From Clostridia bacterium (lineage in GTDB: Bacteria; Bacillota; Clostridia; Oscillospirales; CAG-272), in assembly GCA_017507905.1 (NCBI GenBank), contig JAFWAA010000061.1, positions 404 through 64,403 on the forward strand: a DNA stretch of 64,000 nt, given 5' to 3'. Below, one piece after another: positions 18,118-27,700 of the stretch. The first letter of the stretch is position 1. The number at the start of each line of letters is the position of its first letter. The notes under the pieces are model-generated. The model had not been told where the DNA came from, searched no databases, and saw only the letters and a list, made by a program, of their open reading frames with translations. Position numbers and translations under genes: made by a program.

Positions 18118-20175
18118 TCATGCCTTGCGCATAAATTCCTTCAAGGAGTATTCCTCCTTGATCTGCTTGTTCTTGCGAATGATCAGCACGGCAAGGACCG
18201 CCGCAAAGAGGCCGACGATGGCCCAGCCGAGAATGGGCATCCAGAGAGAGCCAAACTCGCGCGTGGTAAAGAGCGTGCCAAAGAAGAAGACGAGAAATCC
18301 AACCGAATAGCCAACGCCCAGCTGCAGCCCAATGCCTGCAAAGAGCCACTTCTTGCTCTTGATCTCTGCGTTCATCGCACCGATGGCGGCAAAGCACGGA
18401 GGCGTAAAGAGGTTAAACATCAGATACGCCAGAGCGGCAACCTTGGTGATCGCCATAATGGCGGCCACCTCTCCTCCTCCGCCAACCATCTCCAGGGATT
18501 CGGCGTCGATCAGATGCTCAAGGCCGACAAAGCACACGGCCAGCGTTCCGACGACGTTCTCCTTGGCGATAAAGCCGGTGATGGCCGCGGCGGCAAGCTG
18601 CCAGGCAACCACGCCGACGATGGGAGCAAAGAGGTAGGCAAAGGGGGTAGCGACCGTGGCAAGAATGGAGTCCTTGGCGTTCTCCACGGGCTGGAAATTC
18701 CAGCCGAAGCTCTGCATCAGCTGGACGGCAAAGTTGCAGACCAGAATGATGGTTCCCGCCTTGACGATGTAGGCCCAGCCGCGCTGGCACATGGAGAGGA
18801 ACGCCTTTCCAAAGCTCGGCGCCTTGTACTCGGGAAGCTCAATGATAAAGAAGGATCTCTTTTTGCGGTTTCCGGTAATGGCGTTGACCAGCAGCGCGCC
18901 GAAGAAGATGATCGCAATACCGACGAAATACATCAGCGTGCCCACCCAGGAGGCCTCGCCAAAGAAGGCGCCTGCAAAAAGGGAGATCAGAGGAAGCTTT
19001 GCACCGCAGGGCATGAAGGGAGCGAGCATGGCCGTTGCCCTTCTCTCCCGCTCGTTGCGAATGGTGCGGCAGGCCATCACCCCGGGAACGGCACAGCCCG
19101 TGCCGATGATGAAGGGGATAACGGATTTGCCCGAAAGGCCGACCTTCTTGAAGATGGGGTCAAGCACCACGGTCACACGCGCCATGTATCCGCAATCCTC
19201 AAGCAGGGCCAGCAGGAAGTACATGACCATGACCAGGGGCAAAAAGCCAACGACCGCGCCGACACCGCCGATGATGCCGTCCACGATGATGGAAGCGAGC
19301 AAGGGGTTGGCGTTTTCCATAAGGCCTGCGACCCACTCGCCGAACAGATCAATAAAGGTAACCAGTCCCGGGATCGACCACTCGTTCTCCATTCCCTCGT
19401 TAAACACGTAGCCGTTGGCGATCCAATCGCCAAGCCATGCCTGCGAGATCTGGAACACCAGGAACATCACCACGGCAAAGATCGGAATACCAAGCCACTT
19501 GTTGGTCAGCACGGCGTCGATCTTATCCTGCGTGTTTTTCTCCTTGGTCAGGACCTTGCGGCTCTCCACCGTCTTGACGATGTCGTTGACAAAGGCAAAG
19601 CGTGCTCTGTCCGCGTGCTCCACTGCGTTCTTATCGGTCAGATCGATTTCTCCCTGCTCATAGGGGGCCTTCTGCCCTTTTCCAATAAGAGAGACTGCCG
19701 CGGCGACGACCTCCTTCATGCCCTTGGCAGAGGTGGAAACGGTATCCACGACCGGACAATTCAGCTTTTCCGCAAGCACCTTGGAGTCGATCCTGGTCTC
19801 CTTCTTTTTGTTGACGTCCGCCTTGTTCAAGGCGACCACCACGGGGATCCCAAGCTCCAGAAGCTGCGTGGTGAAGAAAAGACTGCGGCTGAGGTTGGTG
19901 GCGTCCACGATATTGATGATCACGTCGGGATGCTCGTTTTGCACGTAAGCACTGGTAATGCTCTCCTCCGACGTGAAGGGGGACATCGAATACGCGCCGG
20001 GAAGGTCCACCGCGATCAGCTCCTCGTTGCCGCTGTAAAGGCTTTTCCTGATGGGATGCTCCTTCTTCTCCACGGTAACCCCCGCCCAGTTGCCCACCTT
20101 TTCGTTGCTACCGGTCAGGGCATTATACATGGTCGTCTTACCGCTGTTCGGATTGCCGGTCAAAGCAATTCTCAT
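18118..20175 (-). CDS. feoB: ferrous iron transport protein B
   Basis: ATG at 20175 follows AGGAGG. N-terminal G-domain MRIALTGNPNSGKTTMYNALTG, DLPGAYS, NKAD, then a polytopic permease domain. Confidence 0.95.
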   Translation of the reverse strand: MRIALTGNPNSGKTTMYNALTGSNEKVGNWAGVTVEKKEHPIRKSLYSGNEELIAVDLPGAYSMSPFTSEESITSAYVQNEHPDVIINIVDATNLSRSLFFTTQLLELGIPVVVALNKADVNKKKETRIDSKVLAEKLNCPVVDTVSTSAKGMKEVVAAAVSLIGKGQKAPYEQGEIDLTDKNAVEHADRARFAFVNDIVKTVESRKVLTKEKNTQDKIDAVLTNKWLGIPIFAVVMFLVFQISQAWLGDWIANGYVFNEGMENEWSIPGLVTFIDLFGEWVAGLMENANPLLASIIVDGIIGGVGAVVGFLPLVMVMYFLLALLEDCGYMARVTVVLDPIFKKVGLSGKSVIPFIIGTGCAVPGVMACRTIRNERERRATAMLAPFMPCGAKLPLISLFAGAFFGEASWVGTLMYFVGIAIIFFGALLVNAITGNRKKRSFFIIELPEYKAPSFGKAFLSMCQRGWAYIVKAGTIILVCNFAVQLMQSFGWNFQPVENAKDSILATVATPFAYLFAPIVGVVAWQLAAAAITGFIAKENVVGTLAVCFVGLEHLIDAESLEMVGGGGEVAAIMAITKVAALAYLMFNLFTPPCFAAIGAMNAEIKSKKWLFAGIGLQLGVGYSVGFLVFFFGTLFTTREFGSLWMPILGWAIVGLFAAVLAVLIIRKNKQIKEEYSLKEFMRKA

Positions 20176-20227
20176 ATTGGATTTCCTCCTTATTCCGATC
20201 CTTTCGGATATAAACTGCATTCTTAAG

Positions 20228-20253
20228 CGTCGGTTAGCAATTGCTAACCGACG
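20228..20253. promoter_or_regulatory. 26-bp perfect palindrome between feoA and feoB, carrying a TTAGCA-N2-TGCTAA core
   Basis: cgtcggttagcaattgctaaccgacg is an exact reverse-complement palindrome. It has the same half-sites as the box at the feoA promoter. Confidence 0.6.
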
Positions 20254-20287
20254 GGAAAATAAAAAAGCAATTGGAAAAATTACTTTT

Positions 20288-20506
20288 TTATCCCTCGATC
20301 ACGATGGCCTCTGCCAGCCCGTTATCGATATTGTATCGGCCGTCCTTGATGGAGACCACGCAGCCGCCCCTGCGACGGGAAACGACCGTGATGGGCTCAC
20401 CGCTGTAGCAGCCCAAAGAAAACAGGAAGGCATCCAGCTCCTCGTCGTCGGTCTCGATCGCCTTGACGGTATATTCGATTCCTTCCGTTGCATCCAGCAA
20501 AGTCAT
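20288..20506 (-). CDS. feoA: ferrous iron transport protein A (FeoA, SH3-like)
   Basis: ATG at 20506 follows GGAG. The 72-aa product MTLLDATEGIEYTVKAIETDDEELDAFLFSLGCYSGEPITVV... is a typical FeoA. Confidence 0.85.
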   Translation of the reverse strand: MTLLDATEGIEYTVKAIETDDEELDAFLFSLGCYSGEPITVVSRRRGGCVVSIKDGRYNIDNGLAEAIVIEG

Positions 20507-20568
20507 TGTGCAATCTCCTGTATCGGTCACCTGCATTTTGCAGGTCCTTCGTGTTTCGCGCCTTCGAA

Positions 20569-20582
20569 TTAGCATATGCTAA
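20569..20582. promoter_or_regulatory. probable DtxR-family operator at the feoA transcription start
   Basis: Palindrome ttagcatatgctaa, 12 nt downstream of the -10 element on the minus strand. Confidence 0.6.
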
Positions 20583-20594
20583 CTCAACGGTAAG

Positions 20595-20623
20595 ATTATA
20601 CCACCCTTCTCTTTTTTTGTCAA
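20595..20623 (-). promoter_or_regulatory. sigma-A type promoter of feoAB
   Basis: On the minus strand: TTGACA (20623-20618), 17-bp spacer, TATAAT (20600-20595). Confidence 0.7.
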
Positions 20624-20686
20624 GACTTTTTTGCAAATTTTTTACCTTTTTCCCCTTTTCTCAACGAAAAAACCGAGAAAAAGCAC

Positions 20687-20715
20687 TTGCAATGCCGACG
20701 CGTCTATGATATAAT
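20687..20715 (+). promoter_or_regulatory. sigma-A type promoter of the DtxR-family repressor gene
   Basis: TTGCAA at 20687-20692, 17-bp spacer, TATAAT at 20710-20715. Confidence 0.6.
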
Positions 20716-20753
20716 GGAAGTGGAAAGACAAAACCGCAGGAAGGAGGGATCTC

Positions 20754-21134
20754 ATGCATATTCAGGAATCGGGAGAAATGTATCTGGAGAGCATTCTCGT
20801 GCTTTCCCGACAGAAGGGCTCGGTCCGCGCCATCGACGTGGGCGAATATCTGGGATACTCCAAGCCCTCCGTCAGCCGCGCCATGGGGCTTCTCAAGAAC
20901 GGCGGCTTTATCACCGTGGATAAGGACGGCTCCATTAAGCTGACCGAGGAGGGGTACGCGATCGCACAGAAGATCTACGACCGCCACACGCTCCTCTCTG
21001 CTCTCCTCGTGCGCCTTGGGGTGGATCCCGAGACGGCCTCGGGAGACGCCTGCCGCATGGAGCACGCCATCAGCGACACCTCCTACGAGGCCATTAAGGC
21101 ATTCGTGGAGGCACTTCCTCCCAAGGAGAGCTAA
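20754..21134 (+). CDS. DtxR/IdeR-family metal-dependent transcriptional repressor (no SH3 domain)
   Basis: 126 aa. N-terminus ESGEMYLESILVL..., wHTH YSKPSVSRAMGLLKNGGFI, and a metal-ligand pattern (DRH ... CRMEH) matching the Met/Cys/Glu/His set of iron-type DtxR. Confidence 0.88.
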   Translation: MHIQESGEMYLESILVLSRQKGSVRAIDVGEYLGYSKPSVSRAMGLLKNGGFITVDKDGSIKLTEEGYAIAQKIYDRHTLLSALLVRLGVDPETASGDACRMEHAISDTSYEAIKAFVEALPPKES

Positions 21135-21170
21135 GACCGCGCTCCCCAAAGGAGCAATCAACGCCATATC

Positions 21171-21206
21171 AGCAAGCCTGCAAGACACGCAGGCTTGCTT
21201 TTTTTG
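21171..21206 (+). terminator. rho-independent terminator of the repressor gene
   Basis: agcaagcctgc (21171-21181) pairs with gcaggcttgct (21189-21199), followed by a 7-nt T-run. Confidence 0.8.
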
Positions 21207-21302
21207 CTTTCCCCTCTCCCGCCTCTGGCGGTGTTGCCTCATATTTTGCGCACCTTTTTCATATAGTGAGGAAGAACGCACAAGGAAAGGCGGAGAGGGA
21301 CT

Positions 21303-23981
21303 ATGCAGGAATACAAGGCCGGATTGCACGAGAGGAATGGGCTTTCTAAAGGAGCGGTCGAGGAAAGCCGACGCCTGCACGGCGAAAACCGCCTCTCGCG
21401 CAAGAAAGGAAAATCCTTCGCCCGCCGTTTTCTCGGCAACCTCGCCGACCCCGTGATCCGCATTCTTCTCGGCGCGCTTCTGCTCAATCTGCTTCTTCTC
21501 CTGCGCGACGGCAGCTGGATGGAGACCGCAGGCATCGGTGCAGCGGTTCTGCTCGCCACCCTGATCTCCACCCTCTCCGAGCATACCTCGGCACGCGCCT
21601 TTGAGAGCCTTGCCGAGGAGGAGGGACTTGCGCGCTGTCGGGTGCGCCGTGCGGGAGAGGTGCGGGAGATCCCGGGCACCGAGGTGGTGGTTGGCGACCG
21701 CCTGCTCTTGAGTGCGGGGGATTGGATCGCGGCGGACGGTCTTTTGCTGGAGGGGAGCCTCTCCACCGACCAAGCCTCCCTTACGGGGGAAAGCCGCGAG
21801 GTGCAAAAGCGCCCTTCGGGCAATACCTCGCTTTCTCCCTCCGCGCCCTCCTCCCTCTTTCGGGGCTGTACGGTGGCTTCGGGAAGCGGTGAGATGCGCG
21901 TTTGTGCGGTGGGGGACGCCACCCTTATCGGCAAGATCTCGGGCGAGGTGCAGAGCGAGCAGCGCGACAGCCCCCTAAAGCTTCGACTCAGACGCCTGGC
22001 CCGCCAGATCAGCTACGTGGGATACGCCGCCGCTCTGCTCGTGGCGCTGGCTTACCTCATCAACGTCCTTCTCCTGGACAGCGGAATGCGCTGGGAGGTG
22101 ATCCGCCTGAAGCTGGAGAGCCCCGCCTTTCTGCTCTCCTCCCTCCTTCACGCCGTCACGCTCGGCCTTACCGTGCTGGTCGTGGCCGTTCCCGAGGGGC
22201 TGCCCATGATGATCGCCGTGGTGCTCTCGGCCAACAGTCGACGCATGGTGCGTGACCACGTTCTGGTGCGCAAGCCGGCAGGCATTGAGGCGGCGGGAAG
22301 CATGAATCTGCTCTTTACCGACAAGACGGGAACGCTGACCGAGGGCAATATGCGCGCCTGCCGCGTGCTGTTGTCCTCGGGGGATCACCGCACGCTGAGC
22401 GAGGCCGTTCGCCTCGGCCTCCGCCCCTCTCTCTATATGGCGCTCTGCTTTCGCTACGGGAACGACGCCCTGCTCGGGAAAGCTGAGGACGGCACGCTCA
22501 CGCCTCTTGGCGGAAGCGCCACCGAGCGCGCGCTTTTGCAGGCCGTGATCGGCGCCCCCCTTCCCGAGGGCTACCGCGTTCGCTCCCGCCTTCCCTTTGA
22601 CAGCGACAAAAAATATTCCGCCGTCACCCTTACGGGAAAGGATTCCCCCACCCTTCTTCTCGGCGCACCCGAGGTGCTTTTCCCCTTCGTGCAGAGCGTG
22701 ATGCGGGAGGACGGGAGCATTCTTCCCTTTTCCCCCGCGTCCTGGCAAGCCCGCATCGGGAGAGAGGCCGAGCGCGGCGGACGGGTCCTGGCCGTGGCCG
22801 CATCGCTTGAGGGGGCTGACGCATCGGTGCACGCACGCGGCATTCGCGGATCCCTCCTGCTCCTCGGCGCGATCACGCTGGAGGACCCCATTCGTCCCGA
22901 GGCCAAGCGCGCCGCCGGGGACCTGCAAAGCGCGGGGATCGGCGTGGTGATGATCACGGGGGACGGCGAAAAGACCGCCCGAAGCATTGCCGCGCGCTGC
23001 GGTCTGCTCACCCCCGAGCGAGATCTTGTGCTGACAGGTCAGGAGATGGCAGGACTTTCGGATCCTGAGCTTGCCGAGCGCCTTCCCCGTCTTGCGGCGG
23101 TCGCACGCGCCCTGCCGAGTGATAAGAGCCGCCTTGTCCGCCTGGCGCAGGAAAAGGGCCTCGTGGTGGGCATGACGGGAGACGGCATCAACGACGCCCC
23201 CGCGCTCCGCCACGCCGACATTGGCTTCGCCATGGGAAGCGGCACGCAGGTGGCCAAGGACGCAGGCGACATCCTGATCCTCGACGATAATCTCGCCTCC
23301 ATCGTGCGCGCCGTTCTTTACGGACGGACCGTGTTCAAAAGCATCCGCAAGTTCATCACCCTGCAATTGACCATGAACCTTTGTGCCGTTGGAGTGACGA
23401 TGATCGCCCCCTTCCTCGGCGTGGACTCCCCCGTCACCGTGATCCAGATGCTCTGGATCAACATCATCATGGACACCCTGGGAGGTCTCGCCTTTGCGGG
23501 GGAAGCACCGCTTGCCGACTATATGCGCGAAAAGCCGAAAAGACGCAACGAGGGTATCCTCAACCGCTATATGGTCAATCAGATCCTCTTTCTCGGCGGA
23601 TTCAGCGTGCTGCTCTTTCTGTTCTTCCTCAAATGCCCCCTGATCACCTCGCTCTTCCGCCACACCGAGGGAGACCTCTGCCATCTGACCGCCTTTTTCG
23701 GGCTCTTCATCTTTGCCTCGGTGCTCAACTGCTTCAACGCGCGCACCGACCGCCTCTCCCTTGTCGCAGGGCTGGGAAGGAACAAGACCTTCCTTGCGAT
23801 CATGGGCGCGATCCTTGCGATCCAGCTGGTCTTCCTCTATCTTGGCGGAAGCATTCTGCGCACCATGCCCCTGACGGCGCGCGAGCTTTGGATCACCTGG
23901 CTGCTCGCCCTCTCGGTCTTTCCCGCAGACCTGCTCCGCAAGGCCATTCTTCGCCTGCGCGGTAAGCATACGGGCTACTGA
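21303..23981 (+). CDS. calcium-translocating P-type ATPase (PMCA/SERCA-like, P2 type)
   Basis: 892 aa. Phosphorylation motif DKTGTLT, hinge motif MTGDGINDAPAL, TGES actuator motif, and 10-TM architecture. Confidence 0.9.
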   Translation: MQEYKAGLHERNGLSKGAVEESRRLHGENRLSRKKGKSFARRFLGNLADPVIRILLGALLLNLLLLLRDGSWMETAGIGAAVLLATLISTLSEHTSARAFESLAEEEGLARCRVRRAGEVREIPGTEVVVGDRLLLSAGDWIAADGLLLEGSLSTDQASLTGESREVQKRPSGNTSLSPSAPSSLFRGCTVASGSGEMRVCAVGDATLIGKISGEVQSEQRDSPLKLRLRRLARQISYVGYAAALLVALAYLINVLLLDSGMRWEVIRLKLESPAFLLSSLLHAVTLGLTVLVVAVPEGLPMMIAVVLSANSRRMVRDHVLVRKPAGIEAAGSMNLLFTDKTGTLTEGNMRACRVLLSSGDHRTLSEAVRLGLRPSLYMALCFRYGNDALLGKAEDGTLTPLGGSATERALLQAVIGAPLPEGYRVRSRLPFDSDKKYSAVTLTGKDSPTLLLGAPEVLFPFVQSVMREDGSILPFSPASWQARIGREAERGGRVLAVAASLEGADASVHARGIRGSLLLLGAITLEDPIRPEAKRAAGDLQSAGIGVVMITGDGEKTARSIAARCGLLTPERDLVLTGQEMAGLSDPELAERLPRLAAVARALPSDKSRLVRLAQEKGLVVGMTGDGINDAPALRHADIGFAMGSGTQVAKDAGDILILDDNLASIVRAVLYGRTVFKSIRKFITLQLTMNLCAVGVTMIAPFLGVDSPVTVIQMLWINIIMDTLGGLAFAGEAPLADYMREKPKRRNEGILNRYMVNQILFLGGFSVLLFLFFLKCPLITSLFRHTEGDLCHLTAFFGLFIFASVLNCFNARTDRLSLVAGLGRNKTFLAIMGAILAIQLVFLYLGGSILRTMPLTARELWITWLLALSVFPADLLRKAILRLRGKHTGY

Positions 23982-24001
23982 ACGAAAAAGAGCCTTCATA
24001 C

Positions 24002-24046
24002 AAAAAAATCGGCCTCAACCCAAACGGGTTGAGGCCGATCCTGTTT
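24002..24046. terminator. bidirectional rho-independent terminator
   Basis: atcggcctcaaccc (24008-24021) pairs with gggttgaggccgat (24026-24039). An A-run precedes it and a T-rich tail follows. Confidence 0.8.
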
Positions 24047-24052
24047 CATGCG

Positions 24053-24748
24053 TTATGCGTTTTCCCAGGCCTTCAGCAGGGATAAAAATGCGGGAAGCTC
24101 GCGGATCTCGGCATCGGGACGGATGTCCGCACGCCCTGCCTTCCCCTTCGGGTTAAACCAGCAGGTGCGGATCCCCGCGTGTATGCCGCCGAGAATATCC
24201 GAGGTCAGGCTGTCGCCGAGAATGACCGCCTCGCGCGGCGAAAAATTCGGAATGGCGGCAAAGCAGGCGTCAAAGAACTCCTTTTGCGGCTTGACGGCGC
24301 CCAGCTGCTCGGAGATAAAGATCCCGTCAAAGTAGCGCCCTACCCCCGAGTCGGCAATGCGCGGCGTTTGCACCGAAAGCGTGCCGTTGGAGGCAATATA
24401 CAGCTTGTAACGCCCGTAAAGCGCGTCGAGCAGCTCCTTTCCAAAGGGCATAAATCCATGCTCGCGCGAGAGCGCCAGCATATAGCCATCTCTCGCCGCC
24501 TCGGGAGAGGCCGAGCAGCCAAGCTCCCGAAAGAGGATCTCAAAGCGGCGCACCTGCACCTCCTCGCGCGTCAGCTCCCCTCGCTCCAGAGCCTCCCACT
24601 GCGCCTTGTTGATGGCGCTGTAGCGCGCCACCGTCCCGTCGGTGGGAGAGATCCCAAAGGAGGAAAGCGTCTTGCGAATGGCGGCGTCCTCCGCCTGCCC
24701 GAAATCCAGGATCGTATCGTCCAGATCAAGAAATATCCAGCGGATCAT
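24053..24748 (-). CDS. HAD-IA family hydrolase (YjjG-like nucleotidase type)
   Basis: MIRWIFLDLDDTILDF (DxDxT motif I) and a late GDSLTSDILGG motif. ATG at 24748 follows GAGGA, just after the dnaE stop. Confidence 0.8.
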   Translation of the reverse strand: MIRWIFLDLDDTILDFGQAEDAAIRKTLSSFGISPTDGTVARYSAINKAQWEALERGELTREEVQVRRFEILFRELGCSASPEAARDGYMLALSREHGFMPFGKELLDALYGRYKLYIASNGTLSVQTPRIADSGVGRYFDGIFISEQLGAVKPQKEFFDACFAAIPNFSPREAVILGDSLTSDILGGIHAGIRTCWFNPKGKAGRADIRPDAEIRELPAFLSLLKAWENA

Positions 24749-24758
24749 GCACACGTCC

Positions 24759-27700
24759 TCACTTCCAAATCACGTTTTCCGCGCCGAGAAGCGCGCGAAG
24801 CTGCTCCACGGCGTAGCGGCTGCGCTCCATGCCGAGCGCCTCGGTGCTGTAGGTCTTGGTGGAGGCATCGTAGAAATAGACGGGAAAATCTCCCTCAAAA
24901 AGCTCAACGATGTTCTTCGCCTTGCGGTAGCGCAGATCCTCCAGTGAGGGGACGCGCAGGAAAAGTCTTCTCGCCTGCGAAAGCCCCTCGATCGCAGGTG
25001 CAGAGGAGGGCTTTTCGGCAGACGCGCCTCGCTTTTCGACGCGCTCCTGCTCCGCAGGGAGGGCATTCTCGGTCTTGGGTCTGTCCTCGCCCCGATAACG
25101 GGCGTCCTCGATCAGCTCCTTTGCCAGGTTGACCAAAAGCTTTGGCGGCTCGTCCTCGCGGATCGACAGCGTGCCCGTGACGAACAGGCCGTTCTCCACG
25201 CGAAGCAGGTGCGAAAGCTCGCGGTACTGCCGTGCAAAAACGATGCACTCGATCTCGCCCATGCGGTCCTCCAGCGTGAAAAAGGCCATACGGTCACCGT
25301 TTTTGGTGCTTTTCGGTGTCACGGAGGTCACGATACCCGCAAAGGAGACGCGCGCCTTGTCGGCAGGATCGGCGTCCTCACCGACGTATTCCACGATGGA
25401 CTCGGGAGAAAGATCGGCCAGGTGCTTCGTGTATTCATCGAGAAGCTGACCCGAGAAATACATTCCCGCGGCCTCCTTCTCCATCAGCAGCTTTTCGCGG
25501 ATGCCGAATTCGGGAATATCGGGATACGTGCAGGAGGGGGTGCTTTGGAGCGTTCCCCCCATGGAGAACATATCCAGCTGCCCGTCCAGGTTGTTTCTTC
25601 CCTTTTCGGCGGCGCGGTCGATCATGCGCTCCGACACGGCCAGCATCTGACTGCGATAGAGTCCAAGACCGTCGAACGCGCCTGCACGCAAAAGCGACTC
25701 GACCATGCGCTTGTTCAGGTCTCCCGAGGGCATACGGTCGATGAACTCCTCAAAGGAGGCAAACGGACCGTTCTGCCGCTCGCGCAGGATCTGCTCGATG
25801 AACTGGCGCCCCACGTTCTTCAGCGCCAGAAGGCCGAAGCGGATATGCTTGCCCGACACCGAAAAGAGCATACGGCTCTCGTTGATGCTGGGCGGAAGCA
25901 CGCGAATGCCTCGCGAGGCGCATTCGGCAATATACTCCGCGATCTTGGTCTGATTGCCGAGAACGCTGGTGAGCAGGGCGGCAAAATACGCCCTTGGATG
26001 ATGGCATTTGAGATAGGCCGTGCGATAGGAAATGATCGCGTAGGCCGCGGCGTGCGATTTGTTGAAGGCGTAGTTGGCAAAGCTCTCCATATCGGTAAAG
26101 AGCGTTTCGGCAACCTCTCTCTCCACGCCTCGCTCGGCAGCCCCCGCAAGAAAGCTTTCTCTCTCGGCCAGAAGCACCGACGCCTTCTTCTTGGACATGG
26201 CGCGACGCACGACGTCGGCGTGCCCAAAGGTATATCCCGCGATCTCGCGGAAGATGCTCATGACCTGCTCCTGGTAGACCACGCAGCCGTAGGTGGAGCG
26301 CAGGATCGGCTCGAGAAGCGGCGTGGCGTAGGTCACCTTTTCGGGATGATGACGGCGCTCGATGAAGGCGGGAATGGAATCCATGGGTCCCGGGCGGTAG
26401 AGCGCGATGGCGGCGATGACGTCGTCCAGGCGCTCGGGTGCGAGATTGGAAAGCATCTGCCGCATTCCCGCGGACTCAAGCTGAAAGACGCCCGAGGTCT
26501 TGCCGGAGGAGATGAGGCGATAGGTTGCCGCATCGTCCAGCGGAATTTTTTCCACGTCAAAGTCGGGCTCCTCCTCGCGGATCTGCTTTTCGGCATCGTG
26601 AATGATGGTCAGGTATCGCAGAGCCAGAAAATCGAATTTTAAGAGACCGAGGCGCGCAACGGTGTCCATATCAAATTGCGTCACCACGGTTCCGTTGCTC
26701 AGGGCAAGAGGCACGTGATCGGCGATCGGTCGGTCGGTGATCACCACGCCTGCGGCGTGAATGGAGACGTTTCGCGGCATTCCCTCAAGTCCCATCGCCG
26801 TATCCACCAGCGTCTTTACGCGGTCCGAGCTTTCATAGAGCTGCTTGAGCGTGGGCTGGGCAAGGGCGTCGGCGATGGTGATGTTCAGCTCCTGCGGAAC
26901 GGCGCGTGCCACGGCGTCCACGTCCTGGTAGGACATTCCAAGCGCCCTTCCCACGTCGCGGATCGCGGCGCGTGCGGCAAGCGTGCCGAAGGTGATGATC
27001 TGCGACACGTGATCGGCGCCGTATTTGCGCGTGACGTAGTCGATGACCTCGTCGCGTCGGTTGTAGCAAAAGTCGATATCGATATCCGGCATACTGACGC
27101 GCTCGGGATTGAGGAAGCGCTCAAAGAGCAGGTCAAAGCGAATGGAATCCACGTCCGTAATGCCCAGAACGAAGGCCACGAGGCTTCCCGCCCCCGAGCC
27201 TCTGCCGGGTCCTACGGGAATGTCGCGCGACTTTGCAAAGGCAACGTAGTCCTGCACGATGAGAAAATAGTCGGCGTATCCCATCTGCCCGATGACCGAA
27301 AGCTCGTAGTCAATGCGGGCAAGGTATTCCTCTTTCGTGTGTCCGTCAAAGAGGATCTGTCCGCACGAGATGCGCGATTCAAGTCCCTCAAGCGCCAGAC
27401 GGCGAAGCGTTTGCTCGGCCGTCTCCCCCTTGGGACAGGGGAATTTCGGCAGATACGTGGTGGAAAAATCAAATTCCACGTTGCATCTCTCGGCAATACG
27501 GCAGGTGTTTTGGATCGCCTCGGGATAGGCACGGAAGAGCATCTCCATCTCGTTCGTATCCTTAAGGTAAAGCTCGTCCGTAGCAAAGGCGGCAGGACGT
27601 CCCGCATCCACGGTGGTCTGCGTCTGAATACACATCAGCACCGCCTGGGTCTGCGCGTCCTTCCGTCGGAGATAGTGACAGTCGTTGGTGGCCACCAGGG

